From a virus (taxonomy: Duplodnaviria > Caudoviricetes), in the IMG/VR virus record IMGVR_UViG_3300005286_000486, positions 1-35,331 of that record: 35,331 nt of DNA. One strand, written 5' to 3'. The translations under genes were made by a program, and so were the position numbers. The notes beneath the pieces were generated by a model. It was not told where the DNA came from and made no database searches. It saw nothing but the letters and a program-made list of their open reading frames with translations. This document shows positions 15,695 through 25,020 of the stretch, piece after piece. Each line of letters begins with the position of its first letter. The first letter of the stretch is position 1.

Positions 15695-15840
15695 GGACGA
15701 GCTGATGATCCTGAAGTGAGCCTCTGAGAACGCACGAGAGTGCGGGGCGGAAAGCCCGAGGTCGGTACACCGGTCAGCCCCAGCCCTGAAAGAGCCGAAT
15801 ACGGCGCCACCGATTCAGGGCCAGTGCGCAAGCTATGACT
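15695..15840 (+). ncRNA. Candidate structured late-leader RNA
   Basis: CGCAC-GAGA-GTGCG and GGGC-GGAAA-GCCC enclosed by GCCTC/GAGGT and GCTGA/TCAGC; GCCCTGAA/TTCAGGGC enclosing GCCG-AATA-CGGC. Confidence 0.55.
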
Positions 15841-15862
15841 TCCTGACAGACGAGACGATGCG

Positions 15863-15892
15863 AAGGCGACCCGATGCGGTCGCCTTGTTCGT
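15863..15892 (+). terminator. Terminator-like hairpin before the late operon (tR'-like)
   Basis: AAGGCGACC-CGATGC-GGTCGCCTT followed by GTTCGT; weak U tract. Confidence 0.55.
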
Positions 15893-15901
15893 ACAAGGGG
15901 T

Positions 15902-16270
15902 ATGGGACGGCTAAAGACGATCAAGCCTAGGCTCGGCTCATTGCCACCTCGCATCGGACATGCTGCAGGTGATGAAGCTGCCAGACTGCGGGAGCGCGAC
16001 AAGTCGGTCGCCTGGCGCGCCTGGTACAAGACAGAGCGATGGCAACGGCTACGGCGCGAGATCCTCAAGCGGGATGGGTTCACCTGTCAGCAGACCGGCG
16101 TGCTCTGCATCGGCAAGCACCCCGCTCCGAACAGTCCAGTGGTCGACCACATCAAGCCGCATCACGGTGACGAGCGGTTGTTCTGGGATCCCAACAACCT
16201 GCAGTGCGTGAGCAAAGCCTACCACGACAGCGAGAAGCAGAAGCAGGAGCGGGCGCAGGCCCGATGGTGA
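15902..16270 (+). CDS. Terminase-associated HNH endonuclease
   Basis: WYKTERWQRLR..ILKRD.FTC, VVDHIKPH.GD..LFWDPNNLQ...H; upstream of terS. Confidence 0.9.
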   Translation: MGRLKTIKPRLGSLPPRIGHAAGDEAARLRERDKSVAWRAWYKTERWQRLRREILKRDGFTCQQTGVLCIGKHPAPNSPVVDHIKPHHGDERLFWDPNNLQCVSKAYHDSEKQKQERAQARW

Positions 16271-16320
16271 TCTGTGGCTGAGGTTGATATGTTCAACGTC
16301 GCGAAACGCTGGAGCGAGTT

Positions 16321-16533
16321 ATGAAGGTCTGCGAACTGATCGAGGTATTGCGCCGACTGGATCCTGATCTGCCAGTCGTCACCCCCAATGGTGAGATGAG
16401 TGGCGAGTGGCTGGAGCTTGACGCCACAGATATCGAAGAAAAAGCTATCCGCCCCGCCGAGCACGCCGATGATATTTACGTAAAAGCAGGCGAGAGCTGG
16501 CCAGGCAGTCTCAAGGCCGTTGTCATCGGCTGA
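16321..16533 (+). CDS. Small hypothetical protein
   Basis: GGAG RBS; MKV.ELIE.L...DPDLPV pattern common in phage small ORFs. Confidence 0.7.
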   Translation: MKVCELIEVLRRLDPDLPVVTPNGEMSGEWLELDATDIEEKAIRPAEHADDIYVKAGESWPGSLKAVVIG

Positions 16534-16585
16534 ACCACCGCCGGTCGGGAGTGACCTGGGTGACCATTGGTGTGACCGTTCCTCC

Positions 16586-16663
16586 GGAATGGGGGGGCAG
16601 GTCGAAAGTGTGTAAGGCCCCTTCTTTCCGGACCCGCGCCCCCCTCACGCACGGATTTTTTTC
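16586..16663 (+). other. Probable cos/packaging region
   Basis: Between HNH and terS; G7 run, GTCGAAAGT, GACCCGCGCCCCCCTC and T7 run, as typical of HK97-like cos neighbourhoods. Cut site cannot be determined. Confidence 0.5.
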
Positions 16664-16665
16664 TG

Positions 16666-17142
16666 ATGAGCGAGAATTTCGACCTGTTTGGTCAGCCCAT
16701 TCCTGACTGGAAGGGCAAGCGCGGACGGCCGCCATATGAGCCGGACGAGAAAGACCGCAATAAAGTCAAGCTCTTGCTGGCTCTGGGATGGAGCATCGAA
16801 CGGATCGGTAATGCGATCGGTCGTTCGGGAGCCACGGTGAAGCGGTATTTTAGATCTGAGCTGAAGGATCGCGATGCTATGCGCGACCGGCTCGATGCTC
16901 GTCGCTTTGAGCTGATGATGGAGCAGGCTAACGCCGGGAAGGTTGCCGCGCTCAAGGAGCTTGAGAAGATGATCGAGCGCTCGGATGCGATGCGGATCGA
17001 CCAACGGCTACGACAGACTGCAGCGCCAGTGACCGAGAAACAGGAAAAGATCGGCAAGAAGGAAGCTGCCCGCGCAGCGGCGAAGGAGGCTGGCAAGAAT
17101 AGCTCGTGGGGCAATGACCTGCTGCCCGGAGTTGCGCATTAA
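16666..17142 (+). CDS. terS: Terminase small subunit
   Basis: RGRPPYEP + HTH (GWSIERIGNAIGRSGATVKRYF); TAATG coupling to terL. Confidence 0.8.
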   Translation: MSENFDLFGQPIPDWKGKRGRPPYEPDEKDRNKVKLLLALGWSIERIGNAIGRSGATVKRYFRSELKDRDAMRDRLDARRFELMMEQANAGKVAALKELEKMIERSDAMRIDQRLRQTAAPVTEKQEKIGKKEAARAAAKEAGKNSSWGNDLLPGVAH

Positions 17143-18839
17143 TGGACACTGCCCGGGTACCGGCCTCGACCTGGTCGACGGCTGTTCCAGACTGGAAGGA
17201 AAGGCTGCGGACGGGCGCGAGCCTGGTGCCGGATCTGCCGCTCTTCGACGCTGTAGCCGAGAAAGCGCTCCGGATATTCAAGCGCCTGCGGGTGCCGGAT
17301 ATCATCGGCAATCCCACTTACGGCGAGGTCTGCGGTCAGTGGGTTTTTGATTTCGTCAGGGTGATATTCGGGTCATACGATCCCGAAACCAAGCGGAGGG
17401 CGCTGCGGGAATTCTTCCTGCTTGTCCCGAAGAAGAACGGCAAGTCTTCGATCGCTGCCGCAATCATCGTGACTGCAGCTATTCTCAACGAGAGACCCGA
17501 GGCCGAGCTTCTCCTAATCGCGCCGACGAAGGAGATTGCGAACATCTCATTCAAGCAGGCGGCGGGCATCATCCGACTGGATGAGGAACTGTCAAAGCTG
17601 TTCCATATCCGGGATCACCTGAAGACGATCACGCACTTCAACACGCTGGCAGTGATCATCATCAAGGCCGCCGCGGCGGACGTGATCACCGGCTCGAAGG
17701 CGACCTACATCCTGATCGACGAGACTCACGTCTTCTCGACCATGGCGAAGGCGGCAGACATCTTCGTCGAGATCCGCGGCTCCCTCGCCGCAAGGCCGGA
17801 TGGCTTCCTGTTGCAGATCACGACACAGTCGAAGACGCCACCGTCCGGCGTGTTCAAGGCGGAGCTTCAGAAGGCGCGAGACGTTCGCGACGGATTGTTC
17901 AGTTTTCCCATGCTGGCGGTCCTCTATGAGTTGCCGCCAGAAGACGCAATCGACGGCGGCTGGATGCGTCCTGATACTTGGGGGCTGGTCAATCCGAACC
18001 TCAACCGCTCGGTGAACGCGGACTATCTGGCCGGCGAGATCGCAACGGCGCAGAGGGAAGGGCCAGAGAAACTGGCGCTCATCGCGTCCCAGCACTTCAA
18101 TGTCGAGATCGGTCTCGGGCTTCATGCCGATAGATGGCCTGGTGCGTTGTACTGGGAGGCTGCGGCAGGCGAAGCCGTAACCTTCGAGACGATCATCGAA
18201 GAATGCGATGTCTGCGTAGTCGGGGTTGATGGCGGAGGCCTAGACGACTTGATGTCGATTGCGATCATCGGGCGCCACCGGGAGACGCTCGACTGGATGC
18301 ATTGGGCGCGGGCGTGGGCGCATGACGACGTGTTTGAACGCCGGAAGGAAATCGCACCAAGGCTGCGCGACTTCGAACGTGACGGAGATCTGATCGTCTG
18401 CGAGGAGACCGACCAGGATGTGCGGGAAATCGCAGACATATGCGAGCAGCTATTCACTCTTGGTCTTTTGCCGGAGAGGGCCGGGATAGGGCTGGACGCA
18501 TATGGCGTGGCGACGCTCCTCGATGTCCTGGACGAACGCGGCATGGCCGGAGACCTGCTTCAGGCAGTCGGGCAAGGATGGAAGCTTCAGTCGGCCATCA
18601 CGACGCTGCCGCGAAAGCTGAAGGACAGGACCCTTGTCCATAGCGGACAGCCGTTGATGGCCTGGGCGGTCGGCAACGCCAAGACCGAACTACGGGGATC
18701 AAACTACATCGTGACGAAACAGGCGGCGGGCGCGTCAAAGATCGATCCCCTCATGGCGACGTTCAACGCTGCGATGTTGATGTTCCTGAATCCGAAACCG
18801 AAGAAACCGCGCGAATACCAGATGCTGGTGTTCGGCTGA
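17142..18839 (+). CDS. terL: Terminase large subunit
   Basis: Walker A PKKNGKS, Walker B ILIDE, coupling motif ITT, nuclease GVDGGGLDDL and KIDPLMA. Confidence 0.96.
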   Translation: MDTARVPASTWSTAVPDWKERLRTGASLVPDLPLFDAVAEKALRIFKRLRVPDIIGNPTYGEVCGQWVFDFVRVIFGSYDPETKRRALREFFLLVPKKNGKSSIAAAIIVTAAILNERPEAELLLIAPTKEIANISFKQAAGIIRLDEELSKLFHIRDHLKTITHFNTLAVIIIKAAAADVITGSKATYILIDETHVFSTMAKAADIFVEIRGSLAARPDGFLLQITTQSKTPPSGVFKAELQKARDVRDGLFSFPMLAVLYELPPEDAIDGGWMRPDTWGLVNPNLNRSVNADYLAGEIATAQREGPEKLALIASQHFNVEIGLGLHADRWPGALYWEAAAGEAVTFETIIEECDVCVVGVDGGGLDDLMSIAIIGRHRETLDWMHWARAWAHDDVFERRKEIAPRLRDFERDGDLIVCEETDQDVREIADICEQLFTLGLLPERAGIGLDAYGVATLLDVLDERGMAGDLLQAVGQGWKLQSAITTLPRKLKDRTLVHSGQPLMAWAVGNAKTELRGSNYIVTKQAAGASKIDPLMATFNAAMLMFLNPKPKKPREYQMLVFG

Positions 18840-18873
18840 TCCATCCTCAACCGATGAACCATTGGAGGTCGTC

Positions 18874-20892
18874 ATGACAGTGACGCGCCGCGCATATTCG
18901 TCTCTTACGATCAAGGCGGTCGACGAGGAGAAGCGCATCATCCGCGGTATAGCGACCACTCCGGCGCCCGACCGCGTGGGTGACATCGTCGAGCCACTCG
19001 GCGTGAAGTTCACGAACCCGATGCCGTTCCTCTGGCAGCACGATCACAGGCAGCCGATCGGTACCGTAAAGTTCGATACACCGACCAAGGATGGCATCAC
19101 TTTCGAGGCGGAAATTCCGACCATCGCCGAACCCGGGAAGCTGAAGGACCGCATCGACGAAGCTTGGCAGTCGATCAAGATCGGACTTGTCCGCGCCGTG
19201 TCGATCGGCTTCCGCGCCATCGAATACAGCTTCCTCGATGATGGCGGCATCCGCTTCGTCGAGAGCGAGGTCTATGAGCTTTCCGCCGTCACGATCCCGG
19301 CCCAGCCGGATGCCGTCATGACAAGCATCAAGAACATGGACGAGAAGGGCCTGGCCCTCGTCAAGAAATTCGACACGAACGCTCCTGCCGCGACCGGCAC
19401 CATCGTGCGTCCTGCCGATACGTCTCCCGGCGCCACGGGAAAACGCATGCACTCTGTCAGTCTCAACATGAAGGAAAACCCAGCCATGAAAACCATTGCT
19501 GAACAGATCGCGGCGCTGGAAGCCTCCCGACAGGCGAAGTCCGCACGCATGGCGGAAGTCATGCAGAAGTCGATCGATGAAGGCCGTTCGACCGATCAGG
19601 CCGAACAGGAAGAGTTTGATACGCTTTCCGCTGAGGTCGAAGCTATCGACGGCGACCTGAAGCGTCTCCGCACCATGGAGAAGATGCAGGTCGCGACCGC
19701 GAAGCCTGTCGCCGGCCAGAAGTCGGAGGAAGGCACCCAGAGCCGCCAGGGCCTCGCTCCTGTCACGGTGAAGGCGCCGAAGGCCGACAAGGGCATCGAG
19801 TTCGCCCGCCTCGCCAAGGTCAAGGCGCTCGCGTTCCTCAGCCAGGGCGAACATCGTCAGACCGATATCGCCAAGCAGCTCTATGGCGAGAACTCGGTCG
19901 TCTATGGCATCGTCAGCAAGGCGACTGTCGTAGCCGGCTCTTCGGTCTCGGGCAACTGGGCTGAAGATCTCGTCGGTGACGAAACCTCTGTCTACGCGGA
20001 CTTTGCCGAGTATCTCCGCCCAATGACCATCCTCGGCAAGTTCGGCGCCAACGGCATCCCCGGTCTTCGCCGCGTGCCGTTCCGGACCCCGCTGATCGGT
20101 CAGACTGGCGGCGGCCAGGCCTACTGGGTTGGTGAAGGCAAGCCGAAGCCCCTCACGGCATTCGACTTCAGCCGCACCACTCTGGATGAACTGAAGGTGG
20201 CGACTATCACGGTCGTGACCGAAGAACTCATCCGGAAGTCCAGCCCTTCGGCCGATGCGATCCTTCGTGATGCCCTGGCGGCTGCGGTCGCTGAGCGCAT
20301 CGACGAGGATTTCATCAACCCGGCCAAGTCGGCATCTGCCGGCGTCTCCCCGGCGTCGATCACCAACGGTGTCTCGGCCATCACGTCCAGCGGTCCGACT
20401 GCCGATGACATCCGCGCCGATGTCCGGTCGGCAATGGCGACGTTTATCGCAGCCAACAACCCCCCGACCTCTGGTGTCTGGATCATGTCCGCTTCGACGG
20501 CTCTCGCCCTCTCGTTGATGGTGAACCCGCTCGGACAGGCGGAATTTCCGGGACTGACCATGAACGGCGGAACCTTCGCCGGTCTGCCGGTTATCGTCTC
20601 GGAATATGTCCCGGCAGACAGCGGCGGCGGCATGGTTGTTCTGGCGAACGCATCCGACATCTACTTCGCAGATGAAGGCGGCGTCCAGGTCGATGTCTCC
20701 CGTGAGGCATCGCTCCAGATGCTGGACAACCCGACCAATGCCTCGGTCGATGGTACGGCAACATCGATGGTCTCCATGTGGCAGACCAACAGCGTGGCCT
20801 TCCGCGCCGAGCGCATCCTGAACTGGGCAAAGCGCCGCGCCTCGGCCGTCGCCGTCCTGCAGGACGTCAATTGGGGCGTCACCGGCTCCTAA
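18874..20892 (+). CDS. Fused HK97-type prohead protease / scaffold / major capsid protein
   Basis: LWQHD..PIG, VSIGF, YELSAVTIPA (protease); coiled coil; AYWVGEGKPKP, TEELIRKS, WQTNSVAFRAER (HK97 fold); GGAGG RBS before ATG 18874. Confidence 0.94.
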   Translation: MTVTRRAYSSLTIKAVDEEKRIIRGIATTPAPDRVGDIVEPLGVKFTNPMPFLWQHDHRQPIGTVKFDTPTKDGITFEAEIPTIAEPGKLKDRIDEAWQSIKIGLVRAVSIGFRAIEYSFLDDGGIRFVESEVYELSAVTIPAQPDAVMTSIKNMDEKGLALVKKFDTNAPAATGTIVRPADTSPGATGKRMHSVSLNMKENPAMKTIAEQIAALEASRQAKSARMAEVMQKSIDEGRSTDQAEQEEFDTLSAEVEAIDGDLKRLRTMEKMQVATAKPVAGQKSEEGTQSRQGLAPVTVKAPKADKGIEFARLAKVKALAFLSQGEHRQTDIAKQLYGENSVVYGIVSKATVVAGSSVSGNWAEDLVGDETSVYADFAEYLRPMTILGKFGANGIPGLRRVPFRTPLIGQTGGGQAYWVGEGKPKPLTAFDFSRTTLDELKVATITVVTEELIRKSSPSADAILRDALAAAVAERIDEDFINPAKSASAGVSPASITNGVSAITSSGPTADDIRADVRSAMATFIAANNPPTSGVWIMSASTALALSLMVNPLGQAEFPGLTMNGGTFAGLPVIVSEYVPADSGGGMVVLANASDIYFADEGGVQVDVSREASLQMLDNPTNASVDGTATSMVSMWQTNSVAFRAERILNWAKRRASAVAVLQDVNWGVTGS

Positions 20893-20910
20893 AGCCTCTC
20901 TCCGGCGAAA

Positions 20911-20940
20911 TGAAGGGTCGCGGGTAACTGCGGCCTTTCA
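20911..20940 (+). terminator. Post-capsid hairpin (terminator or mRNA stabiliser)
   Basis: TGAAGGGTCGCGG-GTAA-CTGCGGCCTTTCA; 13 pairs including G-U, GNRA loop. Confidence 0.6.
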
Positions 20941-20961
20941 CCAACTCAAGAGGGCCAAGCC

Positions 20962-21246
20962 ATGAAGAAGAACTCCACCTACATGACGCGGGCGCTGCAG
21001 GCGTCAGATCGCCGCTACGCTAAGGTTCTGGGAAAGCTCGGTCATACGGCCCCTCTGCTTCCGACGATCGGCAAGCGTGATCCGCTCGACCACGACGGCA
21101 ACGGCAAGAAGGGCGGTAGCCCGAAGGCGGAAGCATCAGACGAACTCACCGCCCTCCGCTCCGAGTATCAGGAGAAGGTCGGCAAGAGGCCTTTCCATGG
21201 CTGGGATGCGGAAACGCTGAAGGCCAAGATCGCGGACGCGGGTTGA
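20962..21246 (+). CDS. Small head-associated hypothetical protein
   Basis: GAGGGG RBS; DPLDHDGNGKKGGS motif and C-terminal LR.EY....GKRPF.GWDAETL..KI helix-loop-helix. Confidence 0.75.
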   Translation: MKKNSTYMTRALQASDRRYAKVLGKLGHTAPLLPTIGKRDPLDHDGNGKKGGSPKAEASDELTALRSEYQEKVGKRPFHGWDAETLKAKIADAG

Positions 21247-21250
21247 ATCG

Positions 21251-22591
21251 ATGCGCCTTTTCGGCCTGGAAATCACGCGCAACCGCGCGAAAGCACTGTC
21301 CCCGGTCCGCGAACGCGGCTGGCATCGCATCCTGGAAAGCTTCTCCGGCGCGTGGCAGCGGAACGTCGAAGTCAGCTATGACTCCGTTCTGTCGAACCAT
21401 GCCGACTTCGCCTGCCGGACGCTCATCGCCTCGGACATCGCCAAGCTGCGGGTGAAGCTGGTCCAAAGGGACAGCGACGGGATCTGGAGTGAGGTTTCAA
21501 ACCCTGCCTACTCGCCCGTTCTGCGAAAGCCGAACCGCTACCAGAACCGCATCCAGTTCTTCGAGGGATGGGTTCTGTCGAAGCTGCAACGGGGCAACAC
21601 CTACGTGCTGAAGCAGCGCGACGGTCGCGGGGTGGTGACAGCGCTCTACGTGCTCGACCCAACACTGGTTACGCCTCTCGTGACGGAGAGCGGCGACGTT
21701 TACTACGAGCTTCGGGCGGATCATCTCGCCGGACTGAAGGAACGCGTTGTCGTTCCTGCGCGGGAGATCATTCACGACCGGTTCAACTGCATGTTCCACC
21801 CGCTAGTCGGCGTTTCACCCATCTTCGCGGGCGGCCTCGCAGCAATGCATGGTCTCGCGATCATGAACGACAGCACCGTGTTCTTCCAGAACGGTGCTCA
21901 GCCCGGCGGTGTTCTCACGGCTCCCGGCGCAATCGGCGAAGATACGGCGAAGAGGCTGAAGGAATCCTGGGACTCGAATTTTTCCGGCAGGAACGCGGGT
22001 AAGGTGGCCGTTCTGGGCGACGGCCTCAAATACGAGGCGATGAAGTCCAAGGCTACCGATGCTCAGCTGATCGAGCAGCTCAAGTGGTCTGCCGAGGTGG
22101 TTTGCTCCACCTACCATGTCCCGCCCTACAAGATCGGCGTGGGGCAGATGCCGACGTTCAACAACATCCAGAGCCTGAATATCGAGTATTACTCGCAGTG
22201 CCTTCAGGGGCTGATCGAGGCGATTGAGCTCTGCCTTGATGAAGGGCTCGCTATGGCTGAGGGGATCGGGACGGAGTTCGACCTTGACGGCCTGCTCCGG
22301 ATGGATTCCGTCACGCAGATGGACGTCCTTGAGAAGTCGAAGGGCAAGATGACGGTCAACGAGCAGCGCAAGCGGCTTGACCTGAAGCCGGTCGCTGGTG
22401 GCGATACGGTCTATCTCCAGGAGCAGGATCACAGCCTCGAATGGCTCTCTCGCCGTGACGCGCAGCCGATCGAGGCGCCGACCGTTCCGGAGCCGCCATC
22501 GTCCGAAGATGATGACGCCCGTCAGCAGGCGGAAGAGCGAGCCTTCCTCGCCGAGGCCGCGCTGGCATTTCAGAAAGGCCTTGCCGCATGA
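21251..22591 (+). CDS. HK97-family portal protein
   Basis: IASDIAKL, GNTYV, EIIHDR..GVSPI, FFQNGAQPGGVL, YHVPPYKIG, TVNEQR...L.PV.GGD. Confidence 0.95.
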   Translation: MRLFGLEITRNRAKALSPVRERGWHRILESFSGAWQRNVEVSYDSVLSNHADFACRTLIASDIAKLRVKLVQRDSDGIWSEVSNPAYSPVLRKPNRYQNRIQFFEGWVLSKLQRGNTYVLKQRDGRGVVTALYVLDPTLVTPLVTESGDVYYELRADHLAGLKERVVVPAREIIHDRFNCMFHPLVGVSPIFAGGLAAMHGLAIMNDSTVFFQNGAQPGGVLTAPGAIGEDTAKRLKESWDSNFSGRNAGKVAVLGDGLKYEAMKSKATDAQLIEQLKWSAEVVCSTYHVPPYKIGVGQMPTFNNIQSLNIEYYSQCLQGLIEAIELCLDEGLAMAEGIGTEFDLDGLLRMDSVTQMDVLEKSKGKMTVNEQRKRLDLKPVAGGDTVYLQEQDHSLEWLSRRDAQPIEAPTVPEPPSSEDDDARQQAEERAFLAEAALAFQKGLAA

Positions 22592-23442
22592 TTGACGCAA
22601 AAGCATTCGGTCAAGAACTCGCGGGCATGGTGAAGGCCCAGCTGTCGCCCATTCTGGCTCGCCTTGATGCGCTGGAGAAGCGGATCGACGCCATTCCGGC
22701 CCCCGTTGATCTGTCTGCGGACCTGGCGGCACTTAAGGCGGCGGTCGAAGCCATCCCAACAGTTGAGCTGCCTGTGGTCGAAGCGCCGGCACTTCCGGAC
22801 ATTGCTGCGATGGTGGATGAGGCCGTGAAGGACGCTATCGCCGCCATTCCGCGTCCACAGGACGGCAGGAGCGTGACTGTCGATGACGTTGCTCCTCTCA
22901 TTGCATCCGAGGTCGAGAGGCGCGTCAGCGAGATTCCTCCGGCAAAAGACGGGAAGGACGGCGTTGACGGCAAGGATGGCGTTGGCATGGCCGGTGCCTT
23001 CATCGATCGCGACGGAAGCCTCGCAATCACGCTCAGCAATGGCGAGGTGAAGAACCTCGGGCCGGTCGTGGGCAAAGATGGAGAGCCTGGTGATCCCGGT
23101 TCGGATGGCGTCGGCTTCGACGACATGGAAGTGGCCTATGACGGTGAAAAGACCATCACGCTGAAGTTCACCAGGGGCGAGCGGGTGAAGGAGTTTTCCT
23201 TCATCATGCCAGTCATCATCGACCGCGGCGTCTATCGCGAGGGGAACGAGTACAAGGCCGGCGACGCTGTGACGTGGGGCGGTAGCCTCTGGATAGCCCA
23301 GAAGGACACCTCCGCGAAGCCTGAAACCGGCGACGACTGGCGCCTCTCGGTAAAGCGCGGCCGCGACGGCAAGGATGGGACGGTCAAGGAAGCCAAGCCT
23401 GTGCAACCGGTTCGCGTCGGTGTTCCTGCGAGGGCAAGCTGA
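22588..23442 (+). CDS. Head-associated protein with GKDG/collagen-like repeats and a C-terminal aromatic beta module
   Basis: Coupled to portal; GKDGVDGKDG, GKDGEPGDPG; YKAGDAVTWGGSLWIA..DT..KP....W.L.VKRGRDG. Confidence 0.75.
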   Translation: MIDAKAFGQELAGMVKAQLSPILARLDALEKRIDAIPAPVDLSADLAALKAAVEAIPTVELPVVEAPALPDIAAMVDEAVKDAIAAIPRPQDGRSVTVDDVAPLIASEVERRVSEIPPAKDGKDGVDGKDGVGMAGAFIDRDGSLAITLSNGEVKNLGPVVGKDGEPGDPGSDGVGFDDMEVAYDGEKTITLKFTRGERVKEFSFIMPVIIDRGVYREGNEYKAGDAVTWGGSLWIAQKDTSAKPETGDDWRLSVKRGRDGKDGTVKEAKPVQPVRVGVPARAS

Positions 23443-23768
23443 TGACTTTTGCCACTCTCGAAGAGACGAAGCAGGCCCTGCGCATCTATCACGATGACGA
23501 TGACAGCACACTCAACCTGCTCATCGGGGCGGCGACCGGCGCCGTGGCGAACTATCTCAAGTCCGCGGCTGATCCATACCTCGATAGCGGAGGTTCGGTC
23601 CCGAGCGGAGTGGATGTGCCGCCGGTTATCAAGACGGCGACCATCATGCTCGTTGGCTACCTCTACAAGAACCCGGACCAGGATCCGGACAAGGACTTTG
23701 AGCGGGGCTATCTCCCGGCTCCAGTAACGACGCTCCTCTATCCTTTGCGGGATCCGGCTCTGGCATGA
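23442..23768 (+). CDS. Head-tail connector/adaptor (HK97 gp6-like)
   Basis: TLEETKQALRI.HDDDD..L..LI.AA...V.NYL; IKTATIMLVGYLY.NPD; LLYPLR. Confidence 0.9.
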   Translation: MTFATLEETKQALRIYHDDDDSTLNLLIGAATGAVANYLKSAADPYLDSGGSVPSGVDVPPVIKTATIMLVGYLYKNPDQDPDKDFERGYLPAPVTTLLYPLRDPALA

Positions 23769-24406
23769 CTTCACAAGCTGTTTATCGGGACATTCCGGAT
23801 TGGTGGCCGGCGTGGAGCGGCGAGACGTGCGTGATCGTCGCCGGCGGACCATCGGCAAAGGACCATGATTTCGGGCTGCTCCGAAAGAGCGGTGTGAAGG
23901 TCATCGCCATCAACAATGCTCACGAGCTCGTTCCGTGGGCTGACATGCTCTTCGCGTGCGATTTGGCGTGGTGGAAACGTTACGGACCGGAGCTTCAGTT
24001 CAAGGGCCTCCGTCTCTCGACAGACAAGCACTCGTGCAGGGCCGGATGGGGCGTGCAGCAGGTCAACCTCGACCGGCCGAGCGATAGGCTGAACCTGACC
24101 CGCTACAACACGGTGGGATGGGGCGGGAACAGCGGCTTTCAGGCGCTGAACCTGGCTATCCAGTTCGGCTGCCACAAGATCATTCTGATCGGCTACGACA
24201 TGACGACCGTTCACGGATTGCACTGGCATGGCCGGCACCCGAACGGGATGAACAACCCGACCGAACAGAACGTGAAGCGCTGGCGTCGGGCGGTGGATGA
24301 TGCGGCAGATGATATCGAACGTTTGGGCATCGATGTTGTCAACTGCAGCCCTCTCTCGGCTCTGACGCGCTACCCGATTATGACGCTGGAAGAGGCGTTG
24401 GCGTGA
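23765..24406 (+). CDS. Maf/DUF115 (sialyltransferase/MptE-like fold) putative glycosyltransferase
   Basis: CVIVAGGPS, VIAINNA, GGNSGFQALNLAIQFGCHKIILIGYDM, VVNCS. Confidence 0.7.
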   Translation: MTSQAVYRDIPDWWPAWSGETCVIVAGGPSAKDHDFGLLRKSGVKVIAINNAHELVPWADMLFACDLAWWKRYGPELQFKGLRLSTDKHSCRAGWGVQQVNLDRPSDRLNLTRYNTVGWGGNSGFQALNLAIQFGCHKIILIGYDMTTVHGLHWHGRHPNGMNNPTEQNVKRWRRAVDDAADDIERLGIDVVNCSPLSALTRYPIMTLEEALA

Positions 24407-25020
24407 AGGTTTTCTCTGTCCTTCGCTCGGGTGGCGAATACAAGCCGGAGCACGTCGTCCGGCTCCAGCGGCAGGTGAAAGAGCATCTGAAGGATGCTGA
24501 CTTCTGGTGCCTGTCAGATGTCGAAATTCCCGGCGTCCAGACACTGCCGCTCAAGTTCGACTGGCCGGGCTGGTGGTCGAAGATGGAGATTTTCCGCCCG
24601 TCTATTCAGGGCTGGCTTCTCTATCTCGATCTCGATACTTCGGTGATCGGAGATCTGAGCGAAATCGCCTCGCTTGAGGGACTGACGATCATGCGGGACG
24701 CCTATCGCCACGATGGCCTTCAGTCATCGATCATGCTCCTGCCGGAGCACCTTCGGCATCAGGTCTGGCATCACTGGATCGACAGGCCTGATCACTGGAT
24801 GCAGATCTACCGCAAAGGCGGCGACCAGGCGTTCCTCGAGCGGTTCTGGCTCGATCGGGCGAACCGGTTCCAGGACGAGCTTCCGGGACAGGTCGTGTCC
24901 TACAAGGTCAACGTCCGCAAGGCGACCAGCAGACGAGAGTTCGGTGACGGGAATATCCCGGAAGGCGCGCGCGTGGTGTGCTTCCACGGTCTTCCGCGCC
25001 CATGGCACATAGGTTGGTGA
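24403..25020 (+). CDS. GT-A fold glycosyltransferase (GT8-like)
   Basis: WWSKMEIF, DxD motif YLDLD, SSIM, GGDQAFL, VVCFHG.PRPW. Confidence 0.8.
   Translation: MKVFSVLRSGGEYKPEHVVRLQRQVKEHLKDADFWCLSDVEIPGVQTLPLKFDWPGWWSKMEIFRPSIQGWLLYLDLDTSVIGDLSEIASLEGLTIMRDAYRHDGLQSSIMLLPEHLRHQVWHHWIDRPDHWMQIYRKGGDQAFLERFWLDRANRFQDELPGQVVSYKVNVRKATSRREFGDGNIPEGARVVCFHGLPRPWHIGW

Noticed and set aside
15696-15762. Hammerhead ribozyme (CTGATGA at 15702 and a later GAAA)
   Set aside because: No stem II closes between CUGAUGA and GAAA, and no stem I/III with an NUH site; the GAAA is a hairpin loop.
15902-16270. HNH inactivated by loss of Zn-binding cysteines (CQQT, VSKAYH)
   Set aside because: The catalytic DH, N and H residues remain and the ORF is intact; treated as a natural variant.
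16551-16578. Three GTGACC hexamers upstream of the putative cos
   Set aside because: Could be terminase binding sites, but too short to support in GC-rich DNA.
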